Shown here piece by piece: positions 42,565 through 54,027 of a stretch of DNA of 64,000 nt (within the stretch, counting starts at the first letter, position 1; the number at the start of each line of letters is the position of its first letter). The translations under genes and the position numbers were made by a program. This DNA comes from Calditrichia bacterium (lineage in GTDB: Bacteria > Calditrichota > Calditrichia > JAJRVZ01): positions 32,001-96,000 of the forward strand of contig CAVZSQ010000022.1 in assembly GCA_963777955.1 (NCBI GenBank), in the 5' to 3' direction. The notes beneath the pieces were generated by a model. That model saw nothing but the letters and a program-made list of their open reading frames with translations. It had not been told where the DNA came from and made no database searches.

Positions 42565-43915
42565 CGGCCGCACACCTCGTCGACCGCCTCGGCCGAGCAC
42601 GTCGACGATGCGCTCGATCTCGTCGGGCGTGAAGGTGAGCGGCGGCATGAGCACGATGACGTCGCCGAGCGGCCGCAGCAGCACGCCCGCGGCGCACCGC
42701 CGCGGCGCACACGAGCCGGCCCCAGCGCAGGCCGTCGGTGGGCGGGTCGAGCTCGACGCCGCTCATCAGGCCCCGGCGGCGAACGTCGCCCACCACGGCG
42801 GGTCGTTCGCCGGCGAACTTCTCGAGCAGCGCACCGAGCTGGGTGGCCCGCTCGCGCACGTTGGCGAGCACGTCCCACTCGTCGAACAGCTCGAGGTGGC
42901 GGAGCGCCACCGCGGCGGCGAGGGCGTTCCCGCAGTAGGAGTGCCCGTGGTAGAGCGTGCGCTCGCTCAGGTCGGGGCCGAGGAAGGCGTCGTAGACCCG
43001 ACGGCTGGCGACGGTCGCCGACATGGCGAGGTAGCCGCCGGTGAGGCCCTTGCCGATGGTCATGAGGTCGGGGCGCACGCCGCACTGCTCGGAGGCGAAG
43101 AGCGTGCCGGTGCGGCCGAAGCCGGTGGCGACCTCGTCGCAGATGAGCAGCACGTCGTGCTCGCGGCAGGCGTCGGCCGACGCGCGCGACGCGACTGGGG
43201 GTCGGCGACCCGCATGCCGGCCGCGCCCTGCACCAGCGGCTCGATGACGACGGCGGCGAGCTCGTCGGCGTGGGCGGCGATCAGCGCGCAGGCCGTGTCG
43301 GCCCAGCCGTCGGGTCGTCGAAGCCGGGCGCGCGCAGCACGGGGAAGCGCAGCGGGTCGAACACGTCGGTGCCGAAGCCGCCGTCGCCGACCGAGAGCCG
43401 CCGATCGTGTCGCCGTGGTACGCGCCGCCGAACGCGAGGTAGCGGGTGCGGCCGGTGACGCCCTGGTTGGTCCAGTACTGGAAGGCGATCTTGAGCGCCT
43501 GCTCGACGGCGGCGGCGCCGTCGGAGGCGAACAGGAAGTGCGGCTCGTCGACCGGCACCCGCGGCGCCAGCGCCTCGGCCAGCTCGATGATGGCCCGGTT
43601 GCCGTTGCCGAGCAGGGTCGTGTGGGCGACCCGGTCGAGCTGCTCGCGGGCGGCCTGGTCGAGCTCGGGCACCCGGTGGCCGAGGGTGGTGACCCACAGC
43701 GACGAGATGGCGTCGAGGTAGCGGCGGCCGTCGACGTCGATGAGCTCGTGGCCGTCGGCCGACTCGACGATCACCGGCTGGTTCTCGGCGTAGCACGACA
43801 TCTGGGTGAAGCCGTGCCACACGACGGCGGCGTCGCGGTCGACCCAACGCTGATGGGCGCTGGTGAGGTGGGCCCCGGTCGTGGCAGGGGTCTGGTCGCC
43901 GGTCGTCACCCTCAC
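42561..43915 (-). CDS. bioA: Adenosylmethionine-8-amino-7-oxononanoate aminotransferase (frameshifts)
   Basis: VWHGFTQM, DAISSLWV, ALKIAFQYW, YHGDT, DEVATGFGRTG, KGLTGGYL, HGHSY. Confidence 0.92.
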
Positions 43916-45038
43916 AGCTTCGCGCCGGTGGCCTCCGACCGGCGCCGGCGGCGCCACTCGTCGATGCGCAGGGCCATCGGGGTGGAGGGCGGGCCGTCGA
44001 CGAAGGGCCACAGCTCCTCGGCGATGCGCCGCCAGTTCCCGGTGGCCTCGAGCTCGCCGAAGATGGCGTAGAGCCCCAGGTTGATGCGCTGGATGATCAC
44101 GAAGCTCTGGGGGACGTTGGCCGCCTTCTGCATCGTGGCGTAGGGGCCCGACGTGTCGAAGAAGCGGCGCACGGTCTCCGCCGCGTACTCGTGGGTGATC
44201 GTGTAGGGCCCGTCGACGCGGACGAAGTCGTAGAAGTGGCCGAGGTAGTCGGCGACCTCGTCGTCGGTGACGGGCAGGCCGGCCGGCAGCAGCCCGATCC
44301 GCTCGACCGTGGCCCGGAACGCCGCCGGGTCGTGCTCGAGCACCATGTGCCGGATCATCTCGTCGAAGTCGTCGAGCTCGTCCTGGGTGAAGTGCTTCAC
44401 CAGGCCGAAGTCGAGGAAGGTGACCCGGCCGCCGGGGTGGAACAGGTAGTTGCCCGGGTGGGGGTCGCCGTTGAAGGCCCGCAGGCGGTAGAGGCTGCCG
44501 AAGGCGAAGCGGTAGAGGGTCTCGGCGGCCAGGTCCTTCTCGTCCTGGGGCCAGGTGAGCAGCTCGTCCCAGCGCACGCCGTCGGAGAGCTCGGTGGTGA
44601 GCACCCGGCGGGTCGAGAGGTCGGGCACCACCGCGGGCACGTGGATCGTGGGATGGCCGTCGTAGGCCTGGGCGAACACCTGCTGGTGGCGGGCCTCGGC
44701 GCGGTAGTCGAGCTCCTCGACCAGGCGCTCGCGCAGCTCGGCCACGAGCGACTTGGGGTCGAGGCCCGGGAACAGCTGGCCGAGCCCGCCGAAGAGCAGG
44801 CCGGCGTTGTCGAGGTCGGCGGCGACGGCCTCGGCGACCCCCGGGTACTGCACCTTCACCGCCACGGCCCGGCCGTCGTGGGTGATGGCCCGGTGGACCT
44901 GGCCGATCGACGCCGAGGCGATCGGCACGGGGTCCCACTCGGCGAAGACCTCGTCGGGCTCGCCGCCGAGCTCCTGGCGGATCACCCCGGCGGCCAGCTC
45001 GGCGCTCATCGGCGGGGCGTTGTGCTGGAGCTCGGCCA
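43912..45038 (-). CDS. ABC1/UbiB-family kinase, 5'-truncated at the junction
   Basis: ASASIGQVHRA, VAVKVQYPG, EELDY, DPHPGN, FLDFG. Confidence 0.9.
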
Positions 45039-45039
45039 C

Positions 45040-46326
45040 GCTACCACCGGCAATGATGTCTGGCTGATTAAAACCAATGCCTCCGGAGATACACTCTGGA
45101 CCAGAACGTTCGGTGAAATCGGTTCGGATGGCGGTTATTCGGTTCAACAGACCGCGGACGGAGGATTTATTGTAACCGGGTCAAAAAGCACATTCGATGG
45201 CAACGGCAGTTATGTCTGGCTGATTAAAACCGATGCCGCCGGAGATACACTCTGGACCAAAACGTTTTGGGGATATTATTCTGGTAATGCTGGTCAGGCG
45301 GTACAGCAGACTGAAGATGAGGGATATGTCATTTCCGGATATACGGAGGCCTGGGACTACAGTAATGGCGAGGTCTGGCTAATCAAGACCGATTCCTCCG
45401 GTGATACACTGTGGACGAAAACTTTCGGAGGAAGTCAGAGGGAGTACGGCAATTCAATCCGGCAGACTGAAGATGATGGGTACATAATAGCCGGCTCGAC
45501 ACATTCATTCGGCGCCGGCAACTCTGATCTCTGGCTGATTAAAACCGATGCCCTGGGCGATACACTCTGGACCAGGACATATGGTGGAAGCAGCGTAGAT
45601 AGAGCATATTACATCCAGCAGACTGCAGATGCAGGGTATATCATCACCGGCTCGACACATTCATTCGGCGCGGGAAACTATGATGTTTGGTTGATTAAGA
45701 CAAATGCCTCTGGTGATACACTCTGGACCAGGACGTACGGAGGAAGAGGTGAGGATTGCGGTAATGCAGTCCAGCAGACTGATGATAAAGGTTATATCTT
45801 AAGCGGCTATACCTCTTCATTCCCCGCCGGTATCAGGGATGCCTGGTTGATTAAGACCGATGACGCCTCCGGGGATATAATCTGGACGAAAACATTCGGG
45901 GGAGGTGATCATGATGCCGGTTACGACGTCCGGCAGACGCCGGATGGAGGATATATCATAGCCGGTTATACCTCTTCATACGGTAGTGGCGGCTCTGATG
46001 TCTGGCTGATTAAAACCACCTCTGATGTTAATCCAATTTATGAAGATAACATCGACAATACTTCAGATTATGATTTACACCAAAACTATCCCAACCCCTT
46101 TAATCCATCCACTACTATTGAATTTGATATTCACTCGTCCGGATTTGTTTCATTGAAAGTGTATAACATAGTGGGTCAAGAAGTTGCGATATTAGTTAAT
46201 AAAGAATTATCCCAAGGGAATCATAAAGTAGAATGGAAACCAGAAAATCTATCAAGTGGACTATACTTCTATAAAGTGGAGACAACAGGATATCAGGAAA
46301 CGAAGAAACTCATACTAATGAAATAA
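45040..46326 (+). CDS. Secreted repeat (probable beta-propeller) protein with T9SS-type C-terminal domain, 5'-truncated
   Basis: About 7 copies of DVWLIKTD..GDTLWT.T.GG...QQT.DGGYII.G; LHQNYPNPFNPSTTIEF...SGLYFY...KKLILMK. Confidence 0.88.
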   Translation, partial: ATTGNDVWLIKTNASGDTLWTRTFGEIGSDGGYSVQQTADGGFIVTGSKSTFDGNGSYVWLIKTDAAGDTLWTKTFWGYYSGNAGQAVQQTEDEGYVISGYTEAWDYSNGEVWLIKTDSSGDTLWTKTFGGSQREYGNSIRQTEDDGYIIAGSTHSFGAGNSDLWLIKTDALGDTLWTRTYGGSSVDRAYYIQQTADAGYIITGSTHSFGAGNYDVWLIKTNASGDTLWTRTYGGRGEDCGNAVQQTDDKGYILSGYTSSFPAGIRDAWLIKTDDASGDIIWTKTFGGGDHDAGYDVRQTPDGGYIIAGYTSSYGSGGSDVWLIKTTSDVNPIYEDNIDNTSDYDLHQNYPNPFNPSTTIEFDIHSSGFVSLKVYNIVGQEVAILVNKELSQGNHKVEWKPENLSSGLYFYKVETTGYQETKKLILMK

Positions 46327-46438
46327 AAAGTAATATCTATCTGACCTGTCTGCTGCCAGGCAGGCGCCGGCTGGCCCTGGTCAATAAAATCATCCAGGCC
46401 GAATTGTGGGAAAAATTAGTGGGAGATAGGGGTAAAGC

Positions 46439-46633
46439 ATTACACGGAGTTACACAAAGTAACACGGAGTTCCACAGAGAAAGAAAAATTCTGGTTTAGT
46501 AATAGGACTTCATTAATAAATGATTCAGTTTAAAAATCTTTAATATCCCATGCACGAATCATCAAATATTAATTACCAATCCTGATTAATTGCTCCGTGA
46601 AACTCCGTGCTCCTCAGTGGCTCTCCGTGTGAC
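46439..46633 (+). mobile_element. ~200-bp MITE/REPIN-like element, copy 1
   Basis: Terminal arrays of CACGGAG / CTCCGTG; core alignable to copies 2 and 3. Confidence 0.6.
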
Positions 46634-46667
46634 TATCTTCTTACTCGCTCTCCAATTTATTCAGCAT

Positions 46668-47741
46668 TCACGGCCTTGGATTTTTATGCTGTAAAAAGAA
46701 AACCTGCACATGGGCTTGATGCTGCGGACGCACCCACTCATCGCCATGATCTTTGTAAACCTGCATCTCCTTGACAAAAGCGAAGTCTTTCTCCAGTGAA
46801 AATTGATCCTGCACACTGTCGAGATCTTTCCCGTTTAAGGCAGCTTCTTTTGTGCCGTTCCACAGGTTCCTTATATATTCAAGGTGGGTAACTGCGCGTT
46901 CTCTCGTCCAGACATCACTCATATCGCAGATGACCCTTTCAACCGCATTTTTACCTTCCAGCAGCTCCTCAAGTATCGAGATCCAGCGTTCCACATCCAG
47001 TTCGGCATATTCATGGTAGGGATAAGGGGCCAGATGCTGGGCATGCAGAATAAAACCGGGTATAATTGCCAATTTCTCCTCCGGAATAACCACTACGGTC
47101 ATGCCGTTGTAATTTCCGGCCTTGCCAAACCAGATCAGTTTGAGCGTAAGATCACCCAGGTCAAGCGACATTCTATCGCTATAAACCAAGGTCGGTAAAA
47201 TCAGGGAAAAACCGGCCTCCAGCTCGTCGGCCCTGCGCTGGCAGGTCATGATCCACCGCTGCTCAATGCCGGCTTTATCCGAATCTTTTTCCAGAGTTTC
47301 CAGACGTTTACGTGCAGCATCGGCTTTCCGGCGCCACATGTCTGTAAGTTTCCTGATTTCCGCCTTAACTTCATCTTGCTTGCCCGTAAACTTATCCAAA
47401 AAACTGTCGTGACCGACGATACTGGTTTCTCCATAGGCTGCATTTCCGCCAAACATATCCAACCGATCCACCATGTTGATGGTATAGGCAAAATCATCCC
47501 GTTTGAAATATTTGACGATTTCTGCTTTATATTGCCGGGCGGTAATCTGGGACCAGAAGGTATCGAAAACAATCAGCCCCTTTTCTGAATTAATAACTAA
47601 TTGATCTTCTCCTCCTGCGGGATCATTCACAATGAATATTTTATCGGTAATGGCCCTGATCTGAAAGTCAGCGGCCAAAGCGAAATTGGAACCGATTATA
47701 TGCTGAATTATAAACAGTATAATCATAATTATTCTGTTCAT
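46668..47741 (-). CDS. Secreted MBL-fold-like protein lacking the metal-binding motif
   Basis: Signal peptide; SEKGLIVFDT, YTINMVDRLDMFGGN, PTLVYSDRMSLDLGDLTLKL, VVVIPEEK. Confidence 0.7.
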   Translation of the reverse strand: MNRIIMIILFIIQHIIGSNFALAADFQIRAITDKIFIVNDPAGGEDQLVINSEKGLIVFDTFWSQITARQYKAEIVKYFKRDDFAYTINMVDRLDMFGGNAAYGETSIVGHDSFLDKFTGKQDEVKAEIRKLTDMWRRKADAARKRLETLEKDSDKAGIEQRWIMTCQRRADELEAGFSLILPTLVYSDRMSLDLGDLTLKLIWFGKAGNYNGMTVVVIPEEKLAIIPGFILHAQHLAPYPYHEYAELDVERWISILEELLEGKNAVERVICDMSDVWTRERAVTHLEYIRNLWNGTKEAALNGKDLDSVQDQFSLEKDFAFVKEMQVYKDHGDEWVRPQHQAHVQVFFLQHKNPRP

Positions 47742-47882
47742 TGCTTGTCCCTCCCGGGTATTAGATAAATTTAAAATCAAGATCAATTCAACGTTTGTTC
47801 GTCTAACAGGTGTTATGTGCCTTAGATTACGGAAGGCGGGCGGAGAAAGTTTCAAATTCGTTTTGGGTGGTTGGGGGAAAGC

Positions 47883-48083
47883 ATCACACGGAGGGACACG
47901 GAGCAGGCACGGAGAAACACGGAGAAGATACTTATGGATTTGTAATTAATATTTTGATCAACAGTGCTTGGGAGTTTAGCATTCTTCATCCTAATCACTT
48001 ATTGACGAAGTCCTATCACCAAACCAGAAATATTTTTACTCCGCCGAAGGTCTCCGTGCTTGCTCCGTGTAACTCCGTGTAAC
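47883..48083 (-). mobile_element. ~200-bp MITE/REPIN-like element, copy 2 (inverted)
   Basis: Reverse complement matches copy 1, including TTCTGGTTTRGTRATAGGACTTC and TATTAATTAC.AATCC. Confidence 0.6.
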
Positions 48084-48171
48084 GCTTTTCCCTAACCTCC
48101 GGAAATTAATATTTCCCCTTTTTAGTTACTCAATTATATTATCATATGTAAACCAAAAAGGAGATTGTATC

Positions 48172-48687
48172 ATGTATAAATTAAGCATCCTGTTTTCAAT
48201 TCTATTCTTACTCCTCACGGTACCCCTGCTGGCCCAGGAGGAACCTGCCCAATCCATGACGCTCCCCCAGCCGCTTGACGACGCATTCCTTAAATGGATG
48301 GTCGGGGAGTGGAAGGGAACCACCAGTTCAAGCAACGGCATCACGGAAGATTATATGAACTGCGAAATGGAGATAGGTGGACAGTTCCTCTTCGCTACCT
48401 ACACGGCGAACTATGAAGGAAAACTGATGATGTCCGGCTTGGCTGTGCTGACCCTGGACAAGCAGGGTAACGATGTGAGCTACTGGATCGACTCCATGCG
48501 GGAGATGGGAACAGGCAAGGGCAGCCGGCAGGGGAATGTGTCGGTCGTGAAATGGCCCATGTACGGCGGGGAATACGTACGCACCACCGAAAAAGTCGAT
48601 GAAAATACCATGAAAGTCACCGGGGTGATGCTCATGCCCGACGGGAAGGAAATGAAATCGGAGACGTTGTTGAAAAGGATTAAGTAG
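48172..48687 (+). CDS. Secreted protein, DUF1579-like
   Basis: AGGAG RBS, signal peptide, WMVGEWKG...GGQFL...YWIDSM. Confidence 0.7.
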   Translation: MYKLSILFSILFLLLTVPLLAQEEPAQSMTLPQPLDDAFLKWMVGEWKGTTSSSNGITEDYMNCEMEIGGQFLFATYTANYEGKLMMSGLAVLTLDKQGNDVSYWIDSMREMGTGKGSRQGNVSVVKWPMYGGEYVRTTEKVDENTMKVTGVMLMPDGKEMKSETLLKRIK

Positions 48688-48695
48688 AGATTTAT

Positions 48696-48930
48696 ATTAC
48701 ACGGAGTTCCACGAAGACCTTCGGCACGGAGACCTTCGGCGGAGATTAAAATTTCTGGATTAGTGATTAGATTTCATTACTGAGTGATAAAATTCAAGTT
48801 TTACATATGAATTGATAACTGTAATGTAACTGGTAATTACTAATTACTAATTACCAATTACTAATTATTAATTCCTAATATTTACCTCCGCCGAAGGTCT
48901 CCGTGTTTACTCTGTGGAACTCTGTGTAAT
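48696..48930 (+). mobile_element. MITE/REPIN-like element, copy 3 (contains a heptamer array)
   Basis: ATTACACGGAG...CTCTGTGTAAT termini; GACCTTCGGCGGAG / CTCCGCCGAAGGTC arms. Confidence 0.6.
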
Positions 48931-48947
48931 TTTTTACCCTAAACCTC

Positions 48948-50481
48948 CTACTTCACCAATACCATCTTCCTCATCTGTACCCAATCATGCCCAACCTGCA
49001 ACCTGTAAAAATACACCCCGCTGGCCAGACCTGAGGCGTCAAATTGCACCATATGCTTACCAGCTGTCTGATTTCCGCTTACCAGTGTGGCCACTTCCTG
49101 TCCCAGTAGGTTATAGATTTTCAGAGTTGTTAAATTCAGGAATTTGGGAATTGTGGAATTGGAAGGTGGTGCTTGAATTAAAGGGATTGGGATAATTCTG
49201 ATTTAATTGGTATTTGGTTATTGGTGCTTGGTTATTCCCAACTTGGGTCGCGTAATCGCTTTCAAAAGCGCCGAGATCGGGTGCTGAACCTTTATATGGA
49301 TAGCCCAGATCCACACCGCCATCGATCAGATCGCTGCCCTCGTAGAGGTGCATGAAGGCGATCTCCGGTAAACTATTGCCGGCCTGGCGTGCGGTATCAG
49401 CCGACTCGCTGTCCAAACTCAGAAAATCACCGGCCGTGACTTCAAAAGGTGTAAGCCAGCTGTTAGTTTCCTGCACGGCAAAGGTTCCCAACTCGACATT
49501 GCCGTTATATGAAACACAATTTTTTACGGTCAGGGTCTGTCCGGGAACCAGCGCACGCTGAATTCTGTAATTGGACACCAGGTTGCCGTAACCGGTGCAA
49601 TTATATAAAGTCATTGATCCGAGATTGTTATTCTGATCGAATCCTTTACCTTTATTATTAAACGCCAGACAATTTATTAAAATAAAATGGTGCATCAGCG
49701 AATCGGCATTGCTGTTGTCGCCACCGCCCATCTTAAAGCCGTTACCGTTGGCCTGAATACCGGGATCCGAGCCGTCTTTCAGATAGCCGTTACCCCAGGT
49801 CCAGCAATTTTCCAGTGTGGTGGTTACGTCTGTAGCGCCGCGCATATAACCATCCCAACCATCGTCGCAATTGCCCCAGGCCCGGCAGCCGTAAAAATAG
49901 TTGCCGCTGCCGACGGTAAGCTTGGGCGCGAAACCGTCCGCATCCCCATAATCGGTCGGATCGGCATTATAGTAGGAATCGCAATTGATGATCCGGTTAT
50001 TGGCCGAACCGTTGCCCAACTGCAGCCCGCTGTCCCGGTTTTCGTAAAACTGGCAATTTTCGATAATATTATTGGAACCGAAGTCGATATTCATACCGTT
50101 ATCGCCGGCACCCTTGATCTGCAGTCCTTTAAAATGCCAGTAATTCGCTTTCAGAATGAAACCTCTTGAGCCGAACGCCTGTGCTGAAAAATCAAGAATA
50201 GGTACCTCGTCATTGTAGGCGGTCATGGTGAACATCAGCTCTAGAGTACCGCTTTTTACCGCGGTGATGGTTATGGTAGCAATCAGATTATATACACCGC
50301 CGCGGACATAAATCGTATCACCAGGTTGGGCAGCCGAAATTGCGGTGGGGAATGTGGCGTAGGCTGAATCTATGGTACCAGGATTGGTGTCCAGACCGTC
50401 AGGGGAAATGTATATTTGTGCATTGAGCAGAGTTGTGGTAATTAGTAAATAGTAATTAGTAATTATGAATTTTTTGAGCAT
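48948..50481 (-). CDS. PL9-family polysaccharide (pectate) lyase with T9SS-type C-terminal domain (frameshift near 49130)
   Basis: PGDTIYVRGG, GDADGFAPKL, WGNCDDGWD, NGNGFKMGG, APDLGAFE; CTD continues in another frame as IYNLLGQEV...RKMVLVK to TAG at 48948. Confidence 0.85.
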
Positions 50482-50498
50482 ACCAATTCCTTCTTCAT

Positions 50499-50561
50499 GA
50501 CCCTCCCCAGCCCCTCCCTTTCAGCCTCTGGGCTGAAAGGGAGGGGGTAGGGGGTGGGTTA
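50499..50561. repeat. GA-rich REP-like hairpin, copy A
   Basis: GACCCTCCCC.AGCCCCTCCCTTTCAGCC-loop-GGCTGAAAGGGAGGGG...GGGTGGGTTA. Confidence 0.75.
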
Positions 50562-53500
50562 TTTCATCAACACCAGTTTCTTTACCGACACAAAATCACC
50601 CGCCGGTGATGCGGTAATAATAAATTCCACTGGCGTAGCCGCGGGCATTCCAATGGATGATGTAAGCACCGATATTGTGCCTGGCGTTGACCAATTCAGC
50701 GACCTGGCGGCCCATTACATCATACACCACCACAGTAACATCACTTTGTTTCGGAATGTCGTAGCGGATGGTCGTCGCAGGATTGAACGGATTCGGGTAG
50801 TTCTGGTAAAGGGCGAATACTTTCGGTATCTCGGCGGACGGTTCGGTTTCCACCGAGCTGGGATCGATCAGTAAACTTCCGCCTTCATATGAAATCGAAC
50901 CATTCGGTCCCAGGGTGAAAGGAATCGTATTATCAAATACGCCTTGTTTCAGATGCAACACGCCGTTAATGGTCGTTTCCTGGGATAATTTTACACCGGA
51001 TGTATCGTCGATGCTCAAATCGTTGACAATCACCGGCATCAGCATACCGGTAACCTGCGGCACGCTGGCGTGAAATATGTAATTGGCGCCGCTGCTCAGG
51101 GAATCTTTCCCCGTATTTTGCAGGGTGCTGTCCAGACCGCCGGGATTAGCCGTGGCCAGCGTCGCGCCTTCGTTCAATATAAACAGGCCTGCGCCGCCCA
51201 GTCTGATTAGAACTAAAATCCAGTATTGTACCGGAAGCGACTTCCAGGGGCAATCCTCCTCCGCCGTAGGTCATATTGTGGAGGGAGATGGTCTGTACTG
51301 TATCGCTGTTAAACACAAACCAGGCATTTTTGGTATTCGAGTTTTGTGTGGCGGCATTTGCCAATGATAAATTCCCTTCATGCAGATACCAGCGGGTGGA
51401 GCCGGAACCTTCGCCCTGCGATCCGCGGCAGACAGAAAGGTTTCCACCGGTAGCGATAACGTCACCGTATTGATGTACAATAATGGTCGTAAGGGCATTG
51501 CTTGTTCCATTTGAAGTAAATTGACCGCTCTCAACGACCACATCTCCCATGATAGTGAGTTCGGCCGTATCGCTGGCAACGGCTGAGGTCATCTGCCATC
51601 TGTAAGCGCCGGTATTAATCACATTTATGTCGCCACCGATGGTAATACCATTCCAGCTCATGTCGCGGTTGCGTCCGAGATTAGGTGTGTTAAAGGTGAC
51701 ATTATAGAAATTCTGATTGCGGTTGCCCGGCGCATCCTGAGTCGTGCCGGTCAGCAGCAATGTGGAACTTTCGTTCCAGGTGCCGTTCGGAATTTCTCCG
51801 CCGTTCTGCGCATGTTCGTAAACCGAGCCCGCATCAAAATCCAGTGTGGCGACGGCACTGAGAACACCTTTATTGACAACAGTACCTGCGACATTCCCCC
51901 CGCTGGTAGTTATACTCCCTGCGCTATCGATCTGCATAACTGAACCTGCCTCCACTTCCAAATCCGTGCAGACAAGGGTGTCGTTAAAGGTGACTCCGGC
52001 CGTATTGATTATGGTCAGCGTGCCTATGGAATCGGTTATGGATACTCCGGATATCTGTGCTGCAGTTCCGTTGAACGTGAAATTAGCTGCCAGGTTTATT
52101 GAGTCTTTACCTGTATTTTGCAGGGTGCTGTCCAGTCCGGCAGGATTTGCCGTGATCAGGGTTGCATTCTGATTCAGTATGAACATGCCTTCACCGTATA
52201 AATTGTTCAGGCCAAAATCAAGTGACGAACCCGTGGCGACCTCGATGGGCAGACCTCCGCCGGCATAGGTTACATTGGAGAGTGTTATCATTTGTACGGA
52301 ATCTTTATCAAAAACAAATTTAGCATTACCGGGGGTGGGATTGGAATTCTGTGTTGTGGCATCGGACAAAGAGAGATTCCCGTTATGCAGGTACCAGGTG
52401 GTTGTACCTGAACCGCTGCCCTGTGTTCCCCGGGAGACGGATAGATTTCCACCGGTGGCGATCACGTCGCCATACTGATGGACAATAATCGTTGTATTGG
52501 CATTGCTTGTTCCGTTGGTAGTAAACTGGCCCGCTTCAACGATCACGTCACCCATAATGTTAAACTCGGCAGTATTGTTTGCCGAGGCGGAGGTCATTTG
52601 CCATCTGAATGCACCGGTATTCAAAACCGTAATATCACCACCGATAGTATTACCAGTCCAGCCCATGTCGCGGTTGCGTCCAAGATTGGGTGTGTTGAAG
52701 GTGACATTGTAAAAATTCTGGATCCGGTTCGCCGGTGCATCCTGCAGGGTACCGGTCAATAAAAAGGTCGATCCCGCTTCCCAGATAGTCTGTCGGTATG
52801 CTACCCGCATCGCGGGCATGATCGTAAACCGAACCATTGGCAAAGGTCAATACGCCCATCGGATCAACGGCGCCGTGGTTGACCAGCAGGCCGTTGACAG
52901 TGAGATCTGTAGTTATTTGCATGACAGCAGTATCGGCAACTTCGAAATGGATTCCGCCTCCGCCGTAGGTTACATTATCGAAACTGACTTTCTGGGTGTC
53001 TTTCTTAGCAAAGACAAACTTTGCATTTCCTGCAGTCGGATTAGAGTTCTGTATGGTGGAATTGGCCAGGGACAAATTCCCGTTGTACAGAAACCAGGCG
53101 GTTGTACCCGAACCGCTTCCCTGCGAACCTCTGGCCAGGGAGAAGTTGCCACCGTTAACATCGATGTCGCCGTAGTGATTAACAATAAAAGTCGTATTGG
53201 CATTACTTGTTCCCTGTACGGCCAGGGCGCCGGATTCGACAATCACATTGACCCATTATGGTAAATTCAGCAGTATTGTTAGCCGAAGCCGAGGATAATT
53301 GCCATCTGTATGCTCCGGTACTGATTACCCTGATATCACCACCGACGGTATTTCCGTTCCAGCCCATATCGCGGTTGCGTCCAAGGTTTGGAGTATTGAA
53401 GGTAACATGATAAAAATCCTGGTTCCGGTTACCCGGAGCATCCTGCACAGTACCGGTCAAAAGCAGGGTTGATCCCTCGCTCCAGGTGGCTACGGGAAGG

Positions 53501-53847
53501 CTGCCAGCATCACGGGCATGTTCGTAGGTACTGCTATCTCCAAAATCCAGGGCAGCCGGTGGTGACTTCAAGGAGTGCCGTATCCTTTAGCAGGTTACAT
53601 ACCCGGTAATAGTCACGGCTCCATCCACAAGAACTGTATCTACTCCGTCAACAGTGATTATTTCTGTCCCGGTCGGAGCACTGCCGGCAGCAACCCAGTT
53701 CGATCCGTCGAATGTCTCCCAGGTGGCTGCAACGCTCCAGTTCCCGCTGGCCACAGAGCGGTAATCACCGGTTGCCTGTGAAAAAGCAAATACGGATAAC
53801 AACAAAACAAAGAATACTGCTAAAATTGCATGTTTTGGTATTCTCAT
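50559..53847 (-). CDS. Large secreted protein with three copies of an unknown beta-rich domain and a T9SS-type CTD (frameshifts)
   Basis: Signal peptide and GDYRS..SGNWS start; VTFNTPNLGRNRDM.W occurs 3 times; LYQNYPNPFNP...KKLVLMK. Confidence 0.75.
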
Positions 53848-54027
53848 AAGGCTTCCTCCCTATTGGTTACTATTTTGTTTAGCATATGTATTCTAAAAAG
53901 AAATTCCAAATTCCAAGCACCAATAACCAAAATTCAGTTCACTAATCCTTAAATTTTTTCTCCGTGGATCTTCGTGTCTTCTTCGTGTCACTCCGTGTAA
54001 TTTTAATTACCAGTTACAAATTACCAA

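Noticed and set aside
40755..43915. bioAFD without bioB as an unusual pathway
   Set aside because: bioB is often encoded elsewhere and the segment is cut about 1 kb upstream
41408..44938. Long Arg/Pro-rich alternative-frame ORFs (for example the 1176-aa ORF)
   Set aside because: Shadow ORFs from high GC, stitched to real genes by indels
44191..46326. 711-aa hybrid ORF, or horizontal transfer at the junction
   Set aside because: The N-terminal part is the antisense of the ABC1 kinase; no mobility features; a chimera is the simpler explanation
46439..48930. CRISPR array or integron attC sites
   Set aside because: No constant repeat-spacer period, no cas genes or integrase, and no clear attC core boxes
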